Assembly (NCBI GenBank): GCA_028534125.1
Contig: CM052816.1
Coordinates: forward strand, 72,232,001 to 72,296,000
Direction of reading: 5' to 3'
DNA: 64,000 nucleotides
From: Lama glama
Taxonomy: Eukaryota
Notes under the pieces: model-generated
Databases searched by the model: none
The model's input: the letters and a program-made list of their open reading frames with translations, nothing else
What the model was told of the DNA's origin: nothing
Position numbers and translations under genes: made by a program
Shown here: positions 52,288 to 64,000 of the stretch, piece by piece
Numbering within the stretch: position 1 is the first letter of the stretch
Layout of the letters: each line of letters begins with the position of its first letter

Positions 52288-53435
52288 AAAAAGCTAGTAC
52301 ATCCTCCTGGGATGAAACATGGGTGATGAATAACAAAGGGAGACTGTGTCATCATTATACTTACTCTAGGTGAGATGACACCAGTCTCTTACTCCTAATT
52401 ATTAATTCTGATTTTTGTACATGTATTACTCTGTAAGTTATGATTTGAAATTGGGTAGACAACCCTTAATAACATTAGTGACATATTGTTAATTAAATAC
52501 TGAGGAAAGTAATTTCCAAACTTGAAAGTAGGAAAGACTAATGAGGGTTTTTATGCAAGATAATACTCTCTAGACTAATGCTTAAACCACACAAATATTT
52601 GAGAAGCTACAAATGTTTAGTCAATGAATTTTTAATTATTAAACTGTATTATGGAATATTTTATACATTCCAAAAGAACAAAAAGTTAATAAAAATCTAT
52701 ATGCTAATCACTAGCTTAGAAATAAAACATTCTGATATAGTTAAAGCTGATTATGAATCTCTTTTTAATAGCATCACATTTCCTCCAACTTCTCAGGTTA
52801 CTATTTTCCTGGAGTTGCTGTTTATTACTACCATGCATGGCAGACTACATATATATATATATGTACATATATATACACATACACACATATATAGAGAGAG
52901 AGGTGTTAAATTTTTTATTTAAAGAGCAGCATACTGTATATATTTTTGGCACTTTTCTCAACATTAAATTTGTAAGGTTCACCCATATGGATTTGTACAG
53001 CTTGGATTTATTCATCCTCTCTACCATGTAAGATTTTGTTTTATGAATCTATCATAATTTATTTGTCTATTTTCCAGTTAATGGACACTTCAGATTTTAT
53101 TCTATTTTTTTCTATTACAAAAAGTACTGCCATCAGTTATTTTGATTACTATCACAGGGGGATTATTGATCCTGTGACTTGCCAAAGTGCAGGTGGCTTG
53201 TTTAAAAAAAAGTTCCACTTGCAGATGTTTTACCATGATTTGTCATATTTTTAACATATAAGCAGATTTATTTCCTTCCGGCATTTTTACATTCAAAATA
53301 TAATTATTGTGTATAGCTATTGCTTTGTATTCAATTTACATAAGGAAAGAAATGGAATATTTTAAATCTAAATTAGAGAAGAATTTTCTGGGAGTTAGGG
53401 AGAAGGAGCTGTTTGATTAGTTTTATGAATAGCAT

Positions 53436-56105
53436 TTTTTTAAAATTGAAGTACAGTCAATTACAATGTGTCAATTTCTGGTGTACAGCACAACGTCCCA
53501 GTCATACATGTACATACATATATTCATTTTTATATTTTTTCATTAAATGTTATTATAAGGTATTGAACATAGTTCCCTGTGCTATACAAAAGAAACTTTT
53601 AAAAAAATATATTTTTATATACAGTGGCTAACATTTGTCAATCTCAAACTCTCAAATTTATCCCCTCCCACCCCTTTTCCCTGGTAACCATAAGATTGTT
53701 TACTATGTCTGCGAGTCTGTTTCTGTTTTGTAGATGAGTTCATAGTGTCCTTTGTTTTTTTTTTTAAGATTCCACATATGAGTGATATCATATGGTATTT
53801 TTCTTTTTCTGGCTTACTTCACTTAGAATGATGATCTCTAGGTCCATCCGTGTTGCTGCAAATAGCATTATTTTGTTTTTTTATGACTGAGTAGTATTCC
53901 ATTGTCTAAATATATCACATTCTTTATCAATTCATCTGTTGATGGACATTTAGGTTGTTTCCATGTATTGTAAATAGTGCTACTGCAAACATTGGGGTGC
54001 ATGTGTCCTTTTGAGTTATAGTTTCCTTTGGATATATGCCCAGGAGTAGGATTGTTGGATCATATGGTAAGTCTATTTTTAGTTTTTAAGGAACCTCCAT
54101 ACTGTCCGGTCCTCCATAGTGGATGCACCAATTTAGATCCCCACCAACAGTGTAGGAGGGTTCCTTCTTCTCCACATCCTCTCCAGTATTTGTTATTTGT
54201 AGACTTTTTAATGATGGTTATTCTGACTGGTGTGAGATGATACTTTGTAGTTTTGATTTGCATTTCTCTAATAATTAGCAATGTCAAGCATCCTTTTATG
54301 TGACTGTTGGCCATCTGGATGTCTCCTTTGGAAAGATGTCTATTTAGGTCCTTTGCTCATTTTTTGATCGGGCTGCTTTTTTTTTTGATATTAAGCTGTA
54401 AGAGCTGTTTGCATATTTTGGAAATTAGTCCCTTGTCAGTCACATCATTTGCAAATATTTTCTCCCATTCTGTAGGCTGTCTTTTTGTTTTGTTGATGGT
54501 ATCCTTAGCTGGGCAAAAGCTTTTAAGTTTAATTAGGTCCCATTTGTTTGTTTTTGCTTTTATTTCCATTACTCTAGGACTTGGTTCAAAAAAATATTTC
54601 TGTGATTTGTATCAAAGAGTGTTCTGCCTATGTTTTCCTCTAGGAGTTTAATAGTATCCAGTCTTACATTTAGGTCTTTAATCTATTTTGAGTTTATTTT
54701 TGTATATGGTGTTAGAGAATGTTCTAATTTCAGTCTTTTACGGGTAGCTGTCCAATTTTCCAAGCTCCACTTATTGAAGAGACTATCTTTCTTCCATTGC
54801 ATATTCTTGCCTCCCTTGTCATAGATTAATTGACCAAAAATGCCTAAGTTTATTTCTGGACTTTCTATCCTGTTCCATTGATCTCTGTGTCTGTTTTTTT
54901 GTTGCATTGTTTTGATTACTGTAGCTTTGTAGTATAGCCTGGAGTCAGGGAGCATGATTCCTCCAACTCCATTTTTCTTTCTCAAGATTATTTTGGCTAT
55001 TCGGGGTCTGTTGTGTTTTCATACAAATTTAAAAAATTTTTGTTCCAGTTCTGTAAAAAATGCCATTGGTAATTTGATAAGGATTGTATTAATCTGCATA
55101 TTGCCTTGGATAGTATGACCATTTAAACAATATTGATGCTTCCAATTCAAGAACATGGTATATCTTTCCACCTGTATTGTCTTCAATTTCTTTTATCAGT
55201 GCCTTACAGTTTTCGGAGTACAGGTCTTCTGTCTGTTTAGGTAGGTTTATTCCTAGGTATTTTCTTCTTTTTGATGCAATGGTAAATGGGATTGTTACTT
55301 TAATTTCTTTTTTTGATATTTCATTTTAGTATACAGCAATACAACAGATTTCTGTATATTAATTTTGTATCCTGCAACTTTACCAAATTCATTGATGAGC
55401 TCTAGTAGTTTTCTGGTAGCATCTTTAGCATTGTCTATTTATAGTATCATGTCATCTGCAAACAGTGATAGTTTTACTTCTTCTTTTCCAACTTGGATTC
55501 CTTTTATTTCTTTTCCTTCTCTGCTGTGGCTAGGACTTCCAGAAGTTTTGTTGGAATATGTCATTATGTTGAATAAAAGTGGTGAGAGTGGGCATCCTTA
55601 TCTTGTTCCTGATCTCAGAGGAAATGCTTTCAGCTTTTCACCATTGAGTATGATGTTAGCTGTGGGTTCGTCATATATGGACTTTATTATGTTGAGATAT
55701 GTTCCCTCTATGCCCAGTTTCTGGAGATTTTTTTTTATCATAAATGGATGTTGAATTTTATCAAAAGCTTTTTCTGCATATATTGAGAAGATCATATGGT
55801 TTTTTATTCTTCAGTTTGTTAATGTGGTATATCACACTGATTGAATTGCAGATATTGAAAAACTCTTCCATCCCTGGGATAAACCCCACTTGATCATGGT
55901 GTATAATCCTTGTAATATACTGTTGGATTCAGTTTGCTAGTTATTTTGTTGTGGATGTTTGCATCTATGTTCATCAGTGATATTGCCCTGTAATTTTCTT
56001 TTTTTGTGATATCTTTGTCTGGTTTTGGTTTCAAGGTGATGGTGGCCTCATAGAATGAGTTTGGAAGTGCTCCTTTCTCTGCATTTTTTTAGAATAGTTT
56101 CAAAA
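53436..56105 (-). mobile_element. Artiodactyl/camelid L1, about 2.7 kb, 5'-truncated, disrupted ORF2
   Basis: Minus ORFs give L1 ORF2 peptides: [42 protein letters not shown] (RT), [48 protein letters not shown]. Split across frames by frameshifts and stops; 3' UTR and poly(T) at the left end. Confidence 0.97.
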
Positions 56106-58194
56106 GAATAAGCATTATCATAAACGGATCCTCCTTTCCCCCATCTAGACTGTCTGATTGCTTCCTTTCTGTAGACCTTTGGACTCGGGGTCTATGCATT
56201 ACTTGCCTTTCCTGTCAATGCAGCCATGTTTATATGCCTGTGTATTTTTAAAAGTTTTTTTTTTACATTGATATGTATTATTTTTATACTCCCTTTTAAG
56301 TTACCTATCTGTAGCTCAAGTTCTTGAGTCTCTCTAATCTTCCCATTGTGTCTGCTCAGACATTTTCATGGCCATTTATTTATGTGATTGCTGTATGTGT
56401 TGTTAGTTTTTAATTGTCAGTTTATTCTAGTGAGGCTTTTGTCCTCTCTTTCTTGTGAGATTATACATGTGGAACAGCTTTAAGGAACAGCCTTGCATTA
56501 GCTTTGCCAGGTGGCCTAATGGTAATCACTGTCTCAGGAATAACATGATGTATTAACAATAGATGTTAATTTTACCATCAAGCCCACCATAGCCACAGGA
56601 CTAGAATTTCACTTAATTTGGGATTTTTTTTTTTCCTCATAGACCAGAGGCAGAGACAGAACAAGCTTTCTTCTTATTTCCCCATGATACTGGGCGATTT
56701 AAAAAATCAAATCATCCACCAAATGCATAGATATTTGGGGGTTCCAGCTCTGTTCAGATCCCTCAGTTTCAATTTTCTGTCATATGGAAGCCCAAGGGTA
56801 CATCCCCTGTCTCGGTCTCACATGGGATGTACAGCTTGAGTCCCTAAAGTTCTGGGAGGAAAAAGCACATCACAGGACAGTTTCAGGTTCCACTCATATT
56901 CTTACCATTTGGTTTTCAGTTTCCATTTTATTTCTGGTACCTACTAATTTGCCTCTTTGTTGAAAACTTAGTTACATATTCAAAATAAGTTGTGTTATAT
57001 ATCCCATGTCATACTTAGGTATTCACAGTGGTGGTAGGGTTTCAAGTTATCTTAATTAGTTTTCCTGCTAGAAACAGGAGTTGCATTTTACAGAACTGTA
57101 CAGTCAGGAAAAATTATTTCAAAAGTGAATTTATCCTTTAGTGGGAATAACAATTGCTAGTAAGCTCATTTTGGTAGAATTAGATACTGTTTTCTATACT
57201 ACTAAATTTCAAAATAAATGGGCACTACATTAAATTTGCCACTACAGATATATATAGGACCTTTGAATTGGTAGAACTCTTCCTAAATTTAATAAATAAA
57301 TAAATAATTAAAAAGCTTTCTCCAAATGTAAAATATTACTAAGAATATCAAGAAAATAGGGAAAATAAGACATCAGAAGACTATAACTTTGTGGAATACT
57401 CAGAAGATATGAAACACATTTTTCTCAACAAATTGGAGTTAATTCATACCCTGGCTAAAAACCGAGCTGTAAAGGTAGTTGTATAAATCAGATTGCAACA
57501 ATGCTGATGTAACTGTCACATTTCAATTTACTTCACAAGCATTTGAGATGCATCTAAAATGTGCTGTGCTCAGATTGGGCTACCCAAATACGGGATTATT
57601 CTCAAATACCTTATTGTCTAGAATGAGAATGGTACATAAAAAACATTAAGACCCGAAATAATGGTGCAGTACTAACAGCACGTATAAGAGACAGAAGTAA
57701 CACAGGGAAGGAAGACTTCACTGGAAACTGCACCCTAGCAAAAATTTGAGAGATAAATAGGATTTGACATGTAAACTAGCAAGGAGGGGACATTTGAGAC
57801 ACAGTGGAAACGCCTCACACGTTATGTGCAACTTAATGGAAATGATGCTTAACTGGGACCATCTATACTGAACAAAAGTATATTAATATTTATTCACAGA
57901 GTTGGAACCAGAGGACCTTGGGATATCTGAGTTTCCACTCATTAGTTTGATTCATTTATTCATCAAGAAGAAATACATTTGAGAATTGAAGCAGATTTCC
58001 CATATACGAGAAAAGCAACCAATTGGAAAGTGGAATATAAATCTTAGAACTTGCTATCCTACAGTCAAAGGAGAAACATGAATTAACTTGGATGGGAGCC
58101 TGTTTTGTACCAATGCAGATGCAGGCTGCATGTCAGCAATGGTTGTATGTTCAGCACTCCATCATAGGCTCTCTTTTTCTCTACACATTTTGTA

Positions 58195-58440
58195 TGTAAT
58201 GTGGTGGTTTTGAGCAGAAGCAGGAGCCACCCTAGATTTGATTCAAATCTAAGCTTCACAACCTGCGAGTTCCATGACTTTGGAGAAATTACTTAACCTC
58301 TGAATACCTCAGTTCATGCATGTGCACAATGGGAATAATCTGGTAATGACCCCGGGTCGTTGTAAGGCTTAAGTGTGTTAACATGTGCACAAGCATTAAG
58401 AGAACTGACTGGAATTTAGGAGATATTAGCTATATTCATT
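58195..58440 (+). mobile_element. MIR SINE
   Basis: TGACTTTGGAGAAATTACTTAACCTCTGAATACCTCAGTT...AATGGGAATAAT...GGGTCGTTGTAAGGCTTAAGTG. Confidence 0.8.
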
Positions 58441-59420
58441 ATTGCTGTGTGGATAGTTTGCCTTGGTTTTGTCACTCATTCCTGTTATAATACAAAACAT
58501 CTGTTCAGAGTTCATTTGGAAAAAAATCCCACATATCCACAAATCAATAATGTAAGTATTGTCTATGGGGTAGTGTTCAAAGAAACCTTAATCTTATCTA
58601 CAAAATTTTAAAATTTTTACACAGAGAATACTTTAATGTATTACTTACATGCAATACAAATTTGCAAGCATTACTACTCTCCACTTGTAGTTCTAGTTTA
58701 ATGCTGGCTGAGATTCAAGTTTTATCTTATCAAGGATACTTACTTTATCTTTTGAGCTCTTTTCAGATTAATTACAGATGTAATCAGTATTTCCCTTTCT
58801 CTCCCTGTGGCTACATTTAACATTCATTCATTTGTCATTCATTCAATTATTCCTCTAGTCTTCAGTTACTGAGTTCTATGTACAGACATTACTTCTAATT
58901 ATTTAGGTATGAGTTATAGTTTGATGTTCACAATTAGCAGAAGGGTGAAAGAAAACAAAAAAATATGGTACATACACACTTGAAGCATCTCAGCAGGAAA
59001 TCAGTATTTTAGGAAAAATTACAAGGCTTGTAAGAAACACAAAATGATTATCATATATGCATAAAGAATAGGTAAAATGCTGATGGTAGCACCACCTGGG
59101 CAATTTTAAATTTAGCTTGTAATGAAGGAGGGGATGTTTTTCACACTTTGATATGTGATTTTTTTTTTAAGGAAAATAAACTTAAATACAGCCAATCAAA
59201 TATAAAGCCCAAATAGAATATTATTTCTGTAATATATTAGGAAAAAGATCAAAAAATATTTTGGCAGCTCTGTAGGTAGAATAGATGATAGTTGATTAAA
59301 CTATGCATAAAGCAATGAGGAAGAAAGTAAAATTTATAGTAAGGTTTGTTTGTGGTTGCATTGTTTATTTTTTCTGCAAATAGGAAACAAAAAAATACTC
59401 TGAGGCGCTTTTTTTGGTGA

Positions 59421-59618
59421 TTTTTTTTTTAAATTGAGGCAACACTGGCTGATAACATTATATGTTTCATATGTACAACATTATATTCAGATCTCCACAT
59501 GCACTACAGCGTGCTAACCAGCAAAGGTTTAGTTTCCATTTTGTCACCATACATACAGTTGACCCCCTTGACCCATTTTACCTCCCCCGACCCCCTTCCC
59601 CTCTAATAACCACTAATC
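59421..59618 (-). mobile_element. Laurasiatherian L1 (L1MA-like) 3' end
   Basis: T-run, AAATTGAGG..ACTGGCTGATAACATTATATGTTTCA..TGTACAACAT...CCCCTTCCCCTCTAATAACCACTAATCT. Confidence 0.75.
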
Positions 59619-61129
59619 TTGAACTAAATTTTTGTAACAAAATACTTGACTTAACCTGACAAAATGTTCTTTCCTTCTTTTTTTGCTTTCTCTTTTTAAA
59701 AGAAATCTAGATATCGTACTTTTAGAAAGAATCCCCATTTCTCTGTTTTGGTGGAAAATATGTAAGGTTTGGCATTTCGGCCAGTTTCATTTTGAAGTAT
59801 CTTGATTTTATGAAAGTCTCATGATACATTCCCATGCTGCTTAAAAAAAAAATTTTCCCCTCCACTGAGTTTGAGAATCTTTCTTAATATACAGGGCCTT
59901 ATATTAATATACACTTCCCAATATTCTAGTTGCTTCTCACATTCAATCAGCTTGTTTCGTCCTGCCCGTTGCTATTTCAGATGTGCTCCCTCCTGCAAGA
60001 CAGCCCTACCCTAAGCTTTAGTAAACACATTCCCCCCCGAAACCCCACCCAATAGCCTTCGTGACTACTCTGTCACCCCAGTACTTGTACCATTAATTTA
60101 GATAAACCTAATTTGTACTTACTAGTTCCTCATATGTAGTGTGTTTGGTTAAAACAATAGCTGAATTCTCCTTACACTTGCCTTATAAATATTTTTTAAA
60201 ACTCTTAAAGAGTAGAAAATATGTCATACTTATTTTGTGTTTTCTTTTCCATTCCCTGAATCTTTATGTAAGATAATGAATGAGTATTTTATTTCTCGTC
60301 TAAATTCTAATAGATAAAGTATCCAAAACCAAACAAAACAATAATTTGGTCACTATAAACTCTACCTATAAAGGCCAATTTTTCTTAGATTTTTACTCTA
60401 AAGATGATCACAGAATCACTGGATTTGCTCTGAGTCTACAAGAACTAAGTTTATTTTATTTGCTTAGGCACTTTCTTATCCTAAGAGAACATGTGTTTGT
60501 TGCGCACCAAACCAGAAGGGAAACAGAGGCGGCCAAATGAGTTTAATTCAGAGTCTGTTTTCAATGTGTACCTTAAAAATACATAGAAGTTTAATGATTT
60601 GTTTTGATTTTTAAATTCTCAGAATAGCCTTCTCTCTCAATTCTTGCTAGCTAAGGGCCTACTTTCCAATTTTCTGTGTACCAGGTAAAAGGGGAAAAAA
60701 ATCACTTTATATATGAACATTGCCCAAAGGTGTCTGTGAGATATATTTAGCAGTATTATAAGGAAGGTCATTATCATGAGAAAAGAGAGACCTGAAAAAA
60801 AATAAGTGCTTTCAACAATTTCCTTTTTTTTTGAAATTGTTTGAATCTGTTGAGTGTTCCATGAGATGATTTTTAAATCTAGGAGAACAAATTTATGAGA
60901 GTTTTTTTCCCCTTAAGTGCGTGGGATATCACAAGCTGATGTAAGACAAAAACGAAATTGAGCATTTGGACAGCTTTGAAACTAAGCTGAATTTAAACAT
61001 AGAAATAGATAAAAATGTATCTTTCTAAATTTTTGAAGTGGGGATCTACCTTCTATCTCTATGCCTTTACCGTATTGCTTACTACATACATTTTAATAGA
61101 TCACACATATAAGAGTTTGTCATTTCTTC

Positions 61130-61915
61130 CTTTAAAAATGACTCCACCCATGTCAATTTTCCTTCATTCCTTTATTCTGTGATGACACTTTATGCCTGGA
61201 TAAGCACAAAGCATTATTGCTGCCTATTAACGTCCTAGTTTGTATCTTCAATGTATCTCATAAACCAAGCTCAAAGCTTCTAAAACACTATTTTTTAATA
61301 GTAACACCTCTTGCTCAAGAACCACAATGGTCCACGACTGCTACTTCCATGGGAAAAGACCACTGATGTAGGAATCAGATGGTAGCTCCAACATCTGTAC
61401 AACATCTGTAAGCCTTCTCCACTATAAAAATTAACAATGATAATATCTACCTCACAAAGTTGTCAAAAGTAGTTTTGCTAAAAAGATCAAAGAGATAAGT
61501 ATCTCAAAGCAGTTTTAAAATTGTAAAGCCCTATATAGATAGAAGAGTAAACTATGTAAGTTTCAGGCCTTCTCATGAATGGACTACTACATACCTGTCT
61601 AACCTTATTACCCATCACATTTATAGGCATACTCTGCTCCAAGTAGACTGAACCTTCTGTCCTAACATGTCATATCTAGCCCCATCTTTATTTCTGCTTG
61701 CTCATTCTGTCTGCTCACTTCTCCCCCTTTACATCCTACCTAAATGCCCAGGAAAACCCTTTCTTCTGAGTTCATTCTCAAACTCTGACCTCCTGCTGCA
61801 GGAATCTTCATATCATACTGCATGGAGTAGATTTACAGTCATATCACCAGACCCTAGAAGGCAGTCTGTGAACACACAGTAGGTATGCAGTAAATAGCTG
61901 TCAATGGGTTGGTTT
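61130..61915 (+). mobile_element. L2 fragments with a nested MIR (about 61360-61540)
   Basis: CACCTCTTGCTCAAGAACC..AATGG; ACAATGATAATATCTACCTCACAAAGTTGT (MIR); ACACAGTAGGTATGCAGTAAATAGCTG (L2 3' end). Confidence 0.55.
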
Positions 61916-61995
61916 TGGGGTCAATTCTCTTTCCTCTAAATGCAGTGGCATTACTTGTTAGCTTGGGAAGCCAAAGGAAACTAATTAAAGTCACT

Positions 61996-62449
61996 TGTGA
62001 TGGTTAATTTTATGTCTCAATTTGACTGGGCCACAGTGTGCCCAGATAGATATTTGGTGAAACATTATTTTGGATATTCTTGTGAAGGTGTCTGGATGAG
62101 GCTGACATTTCAATCAGTAGACTGAGTAAGGCAGATTGCCCTCCCTAATGTGGATGGGCCTTATCCTATCAGTTAAAGGTCTAAATAGAACAAAAAGGCT
62201 GAGTACTAGGAAACTCCTTCTGCCTGACTGCCTTTGAACGGAGATAACCAGTTTTCTGGCCTTCAGACTCGAACTGAAACATTGACTCTTTCTGGGTCTC
62301 ATACCTATGGGCCTAAAGACTGGAACTATGGTATCAGCTCTCCTGGGTCTCTAACTTTCTTACTCACCCTGCAGTCTCCATGACTGCATGAGCAAATTCC
62401 TTATAATAATAAATACACATATACATACATATATACATACCCTAATACA
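61996..62449 (+). mobile_element. ERVL solo LTR (MLT2-type)
   Basis: TGTGATGGTTAATTTTATGT.TCAATTTGACTGGGCCA...AGACTGAGTAAGGCAGATTGCCCTCCCTAATGTGG...CCCTAATACA; GTCAC repeat at 61990-61994 and 62450-62454. Confidence 0.92.
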
Positions 62450-64000
62450 GTCACACTTGCCACAGTAGGGTCCCTTAGGATGCTTTTTTGTCAGTGACTT
62501 TTTCAAATACAAATTACTCTTAAATCTCTATGGAAATAAAAACAAAACAAAACAAATAAACAACAATAAGCCAAAATGAACCAACCAACCAATCAAAAAA
62601 AAGAATGAAAGAAAATCAAATAGTTAAATGCTCTACAATTAAGTTATACTCTAGAGAGAAGATGTAGAGAACTTTAAAACAAAAGAAAAAAATTACCAGA
62701 AATTTAGCTATAAGCATGAATAACAATATTCTATCTCATTTAAATTTGAGAGAAAGAAATATTTTAGGACACTCAGTCACAAAGCCCAAGGAATAAACAT
62801 TTAGTTAGAGTGAGCATATTAAGAAATGACTGTGTACTTCTTATTATTCAACTCTCTCGGAAGATACTTTGGGAGTATGTGCATTATGTACATACCTAAC
62901 TTAAGTTTTTTAAAAATAGGATGTCACTCATTAGAAATCTTAAAATATGATCATTTTCATCTGACTAACTTGAACAGTTTAATATACATTCCCATCTTGA
63001 TCTCAAGGGTTGTCTTTCTAGTGGCATTTTTGTACTTTGTAATAAAAGTTGAACCAGACACTTCTTGATGGGAACAATAGTTCACAGTATTCTTATTCTC
63101 ATTCTTGTCCTTATTTTACTTCAAATCTCTGTGGCTTTGAGCCCTTGATCTACATAGCTTCCCATGTCTTCTGCACTCTGTTTTACAGTTTCACCTTGGG
63201 TCATTGGACTGAACACAGACTCCATAAAGTTAGGGCCCTTTTTGATTTTGCTTGCACTTAAAATGGTGTCTGGCCCATTGTAAAAGATCAAAAAATTTTA
63301 TGGATGAAAAAAATAGCAAAATAGTGTGCAGAAAGAAGAATTCAGCAGTCTGTTCAGGAAGATTTCCTTTAGAAAATGAGATTTGAGTAAAACCTTAATT
63401 TGTAAAATTTTGCTATACTACCTAAACTTAACAGGTAATATTAAGACTAAGATAATGATAAAGGGCTTCCAAATATACCTAAAACAATGTATACATTTTT
63501 TATCAGAAGCAAATTAATGGATTCAGTTACCTTACTTAAGTGAAACCATTTTATAATATAGACTCTCATTAAGAACAGAACAGTTTTCTGTTAACTGTTA
63601 AATATAAAACATGTAATACTTAGCACCAGTAATTTAAGAGAATTCCCAACAATTTCAATGCCAGTTGTTTTTTAGAGAACTTATATGCCTTTTTTGTGAT
63701 TAAAAAAAATAAACAAAAAATTCAAAACTGTGTGGTTCTGGAGCAGAGAGGAAGGAAACAACAAACTTTAAAATTTCCTCATTGCCCATCTTTGGTATAA
63801 ATTCACAAGTTTCATACTATGCATTTGTTACCTAGGTGGAAAAAAGTAAAGATTTTTCCTACTTCAGAATTATCAAACAAGTAAAAATAAGTAAAAAAAA
63901 TATATATGACTGAAAAATTAAAGTACAGAGAAGAAGTACAATAATTTTAAAAAATTAAAGTAAAAACTGCCTAAGTGTGTCTGGCAGTTGGATTTGTGAC

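Noticed and set aside
54028..55754. Plus-strand ORFs of 64-129 aa (e.g. 54307-54651, 55365-55754)
   Set aside because: They are antisense shadows of L1 ORF2, a common source of spurious proteins.
53436..56105. Active retroelement or novel reverse transcriptase
   Set aside because: 5'-truncated with no ORF1 or endonuclease, and ORF2 is broken by frameshifts and stops: an ordinary dead L1.
56504..56518. CTCF-like motif TTGCCAGGTGGCCT
   Set aside because: Only the central core matches; the flanking conserved positions do not.
1..64000. The 60-130 aa ORFs in the six-frame track as genes
   Set aside because: Lengths and F/L/I/K-rich composition are as expected by chance in AT-rich DNA; many use non-ATG starts or lie inside repeats. 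Only L1 ORF2 fragments are recognisable.

Overview
This is AT-rich, CpG-depleted mammalian genomic DNA, intergenic or deep intronic. Two tRNA(Ala)-derived SINEs with the GGGGAGGGTATAGCTCAGTGGTAGAG head, which I recognise as the camelid vic-1 type, and several artiodactyl-type L1 3' ends point to a camelid (alpaca/camel). Much of the window is interspersed repeat: young and old L1, L2, MIR, MER5 hAT MITEs, MaLR (MLT1), ERVL (MLT2, LTR16-like) solo LTRs and one younger ERV1-like solo LTR. I recognise no protein-coding gene. The only ORFs with recognisable products are broken L1 ORF2 fragments, and there is no prokaryotic-type system (CRISPR, operon). Worth a second look: a solo LTR with intact promoter architecture (28.3-28.8 kb); two L1 insertions that seem to carry short 3' transductions; a CpG-retaining segment bounded by divergent splice donors (47.7-48.0 kb); a speculative two-exon 73-aa gene model (25.0-26.6 kb); frame-compatible minus-strand exon candidates; a GC-rich pre-miRNA-sized hairpin (11.4 kb); and an old local duplication (41.3/42.8 kb). 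Repeat subfamily names were assigned by eye, and their boundaries are approximate unless TSDs are given.
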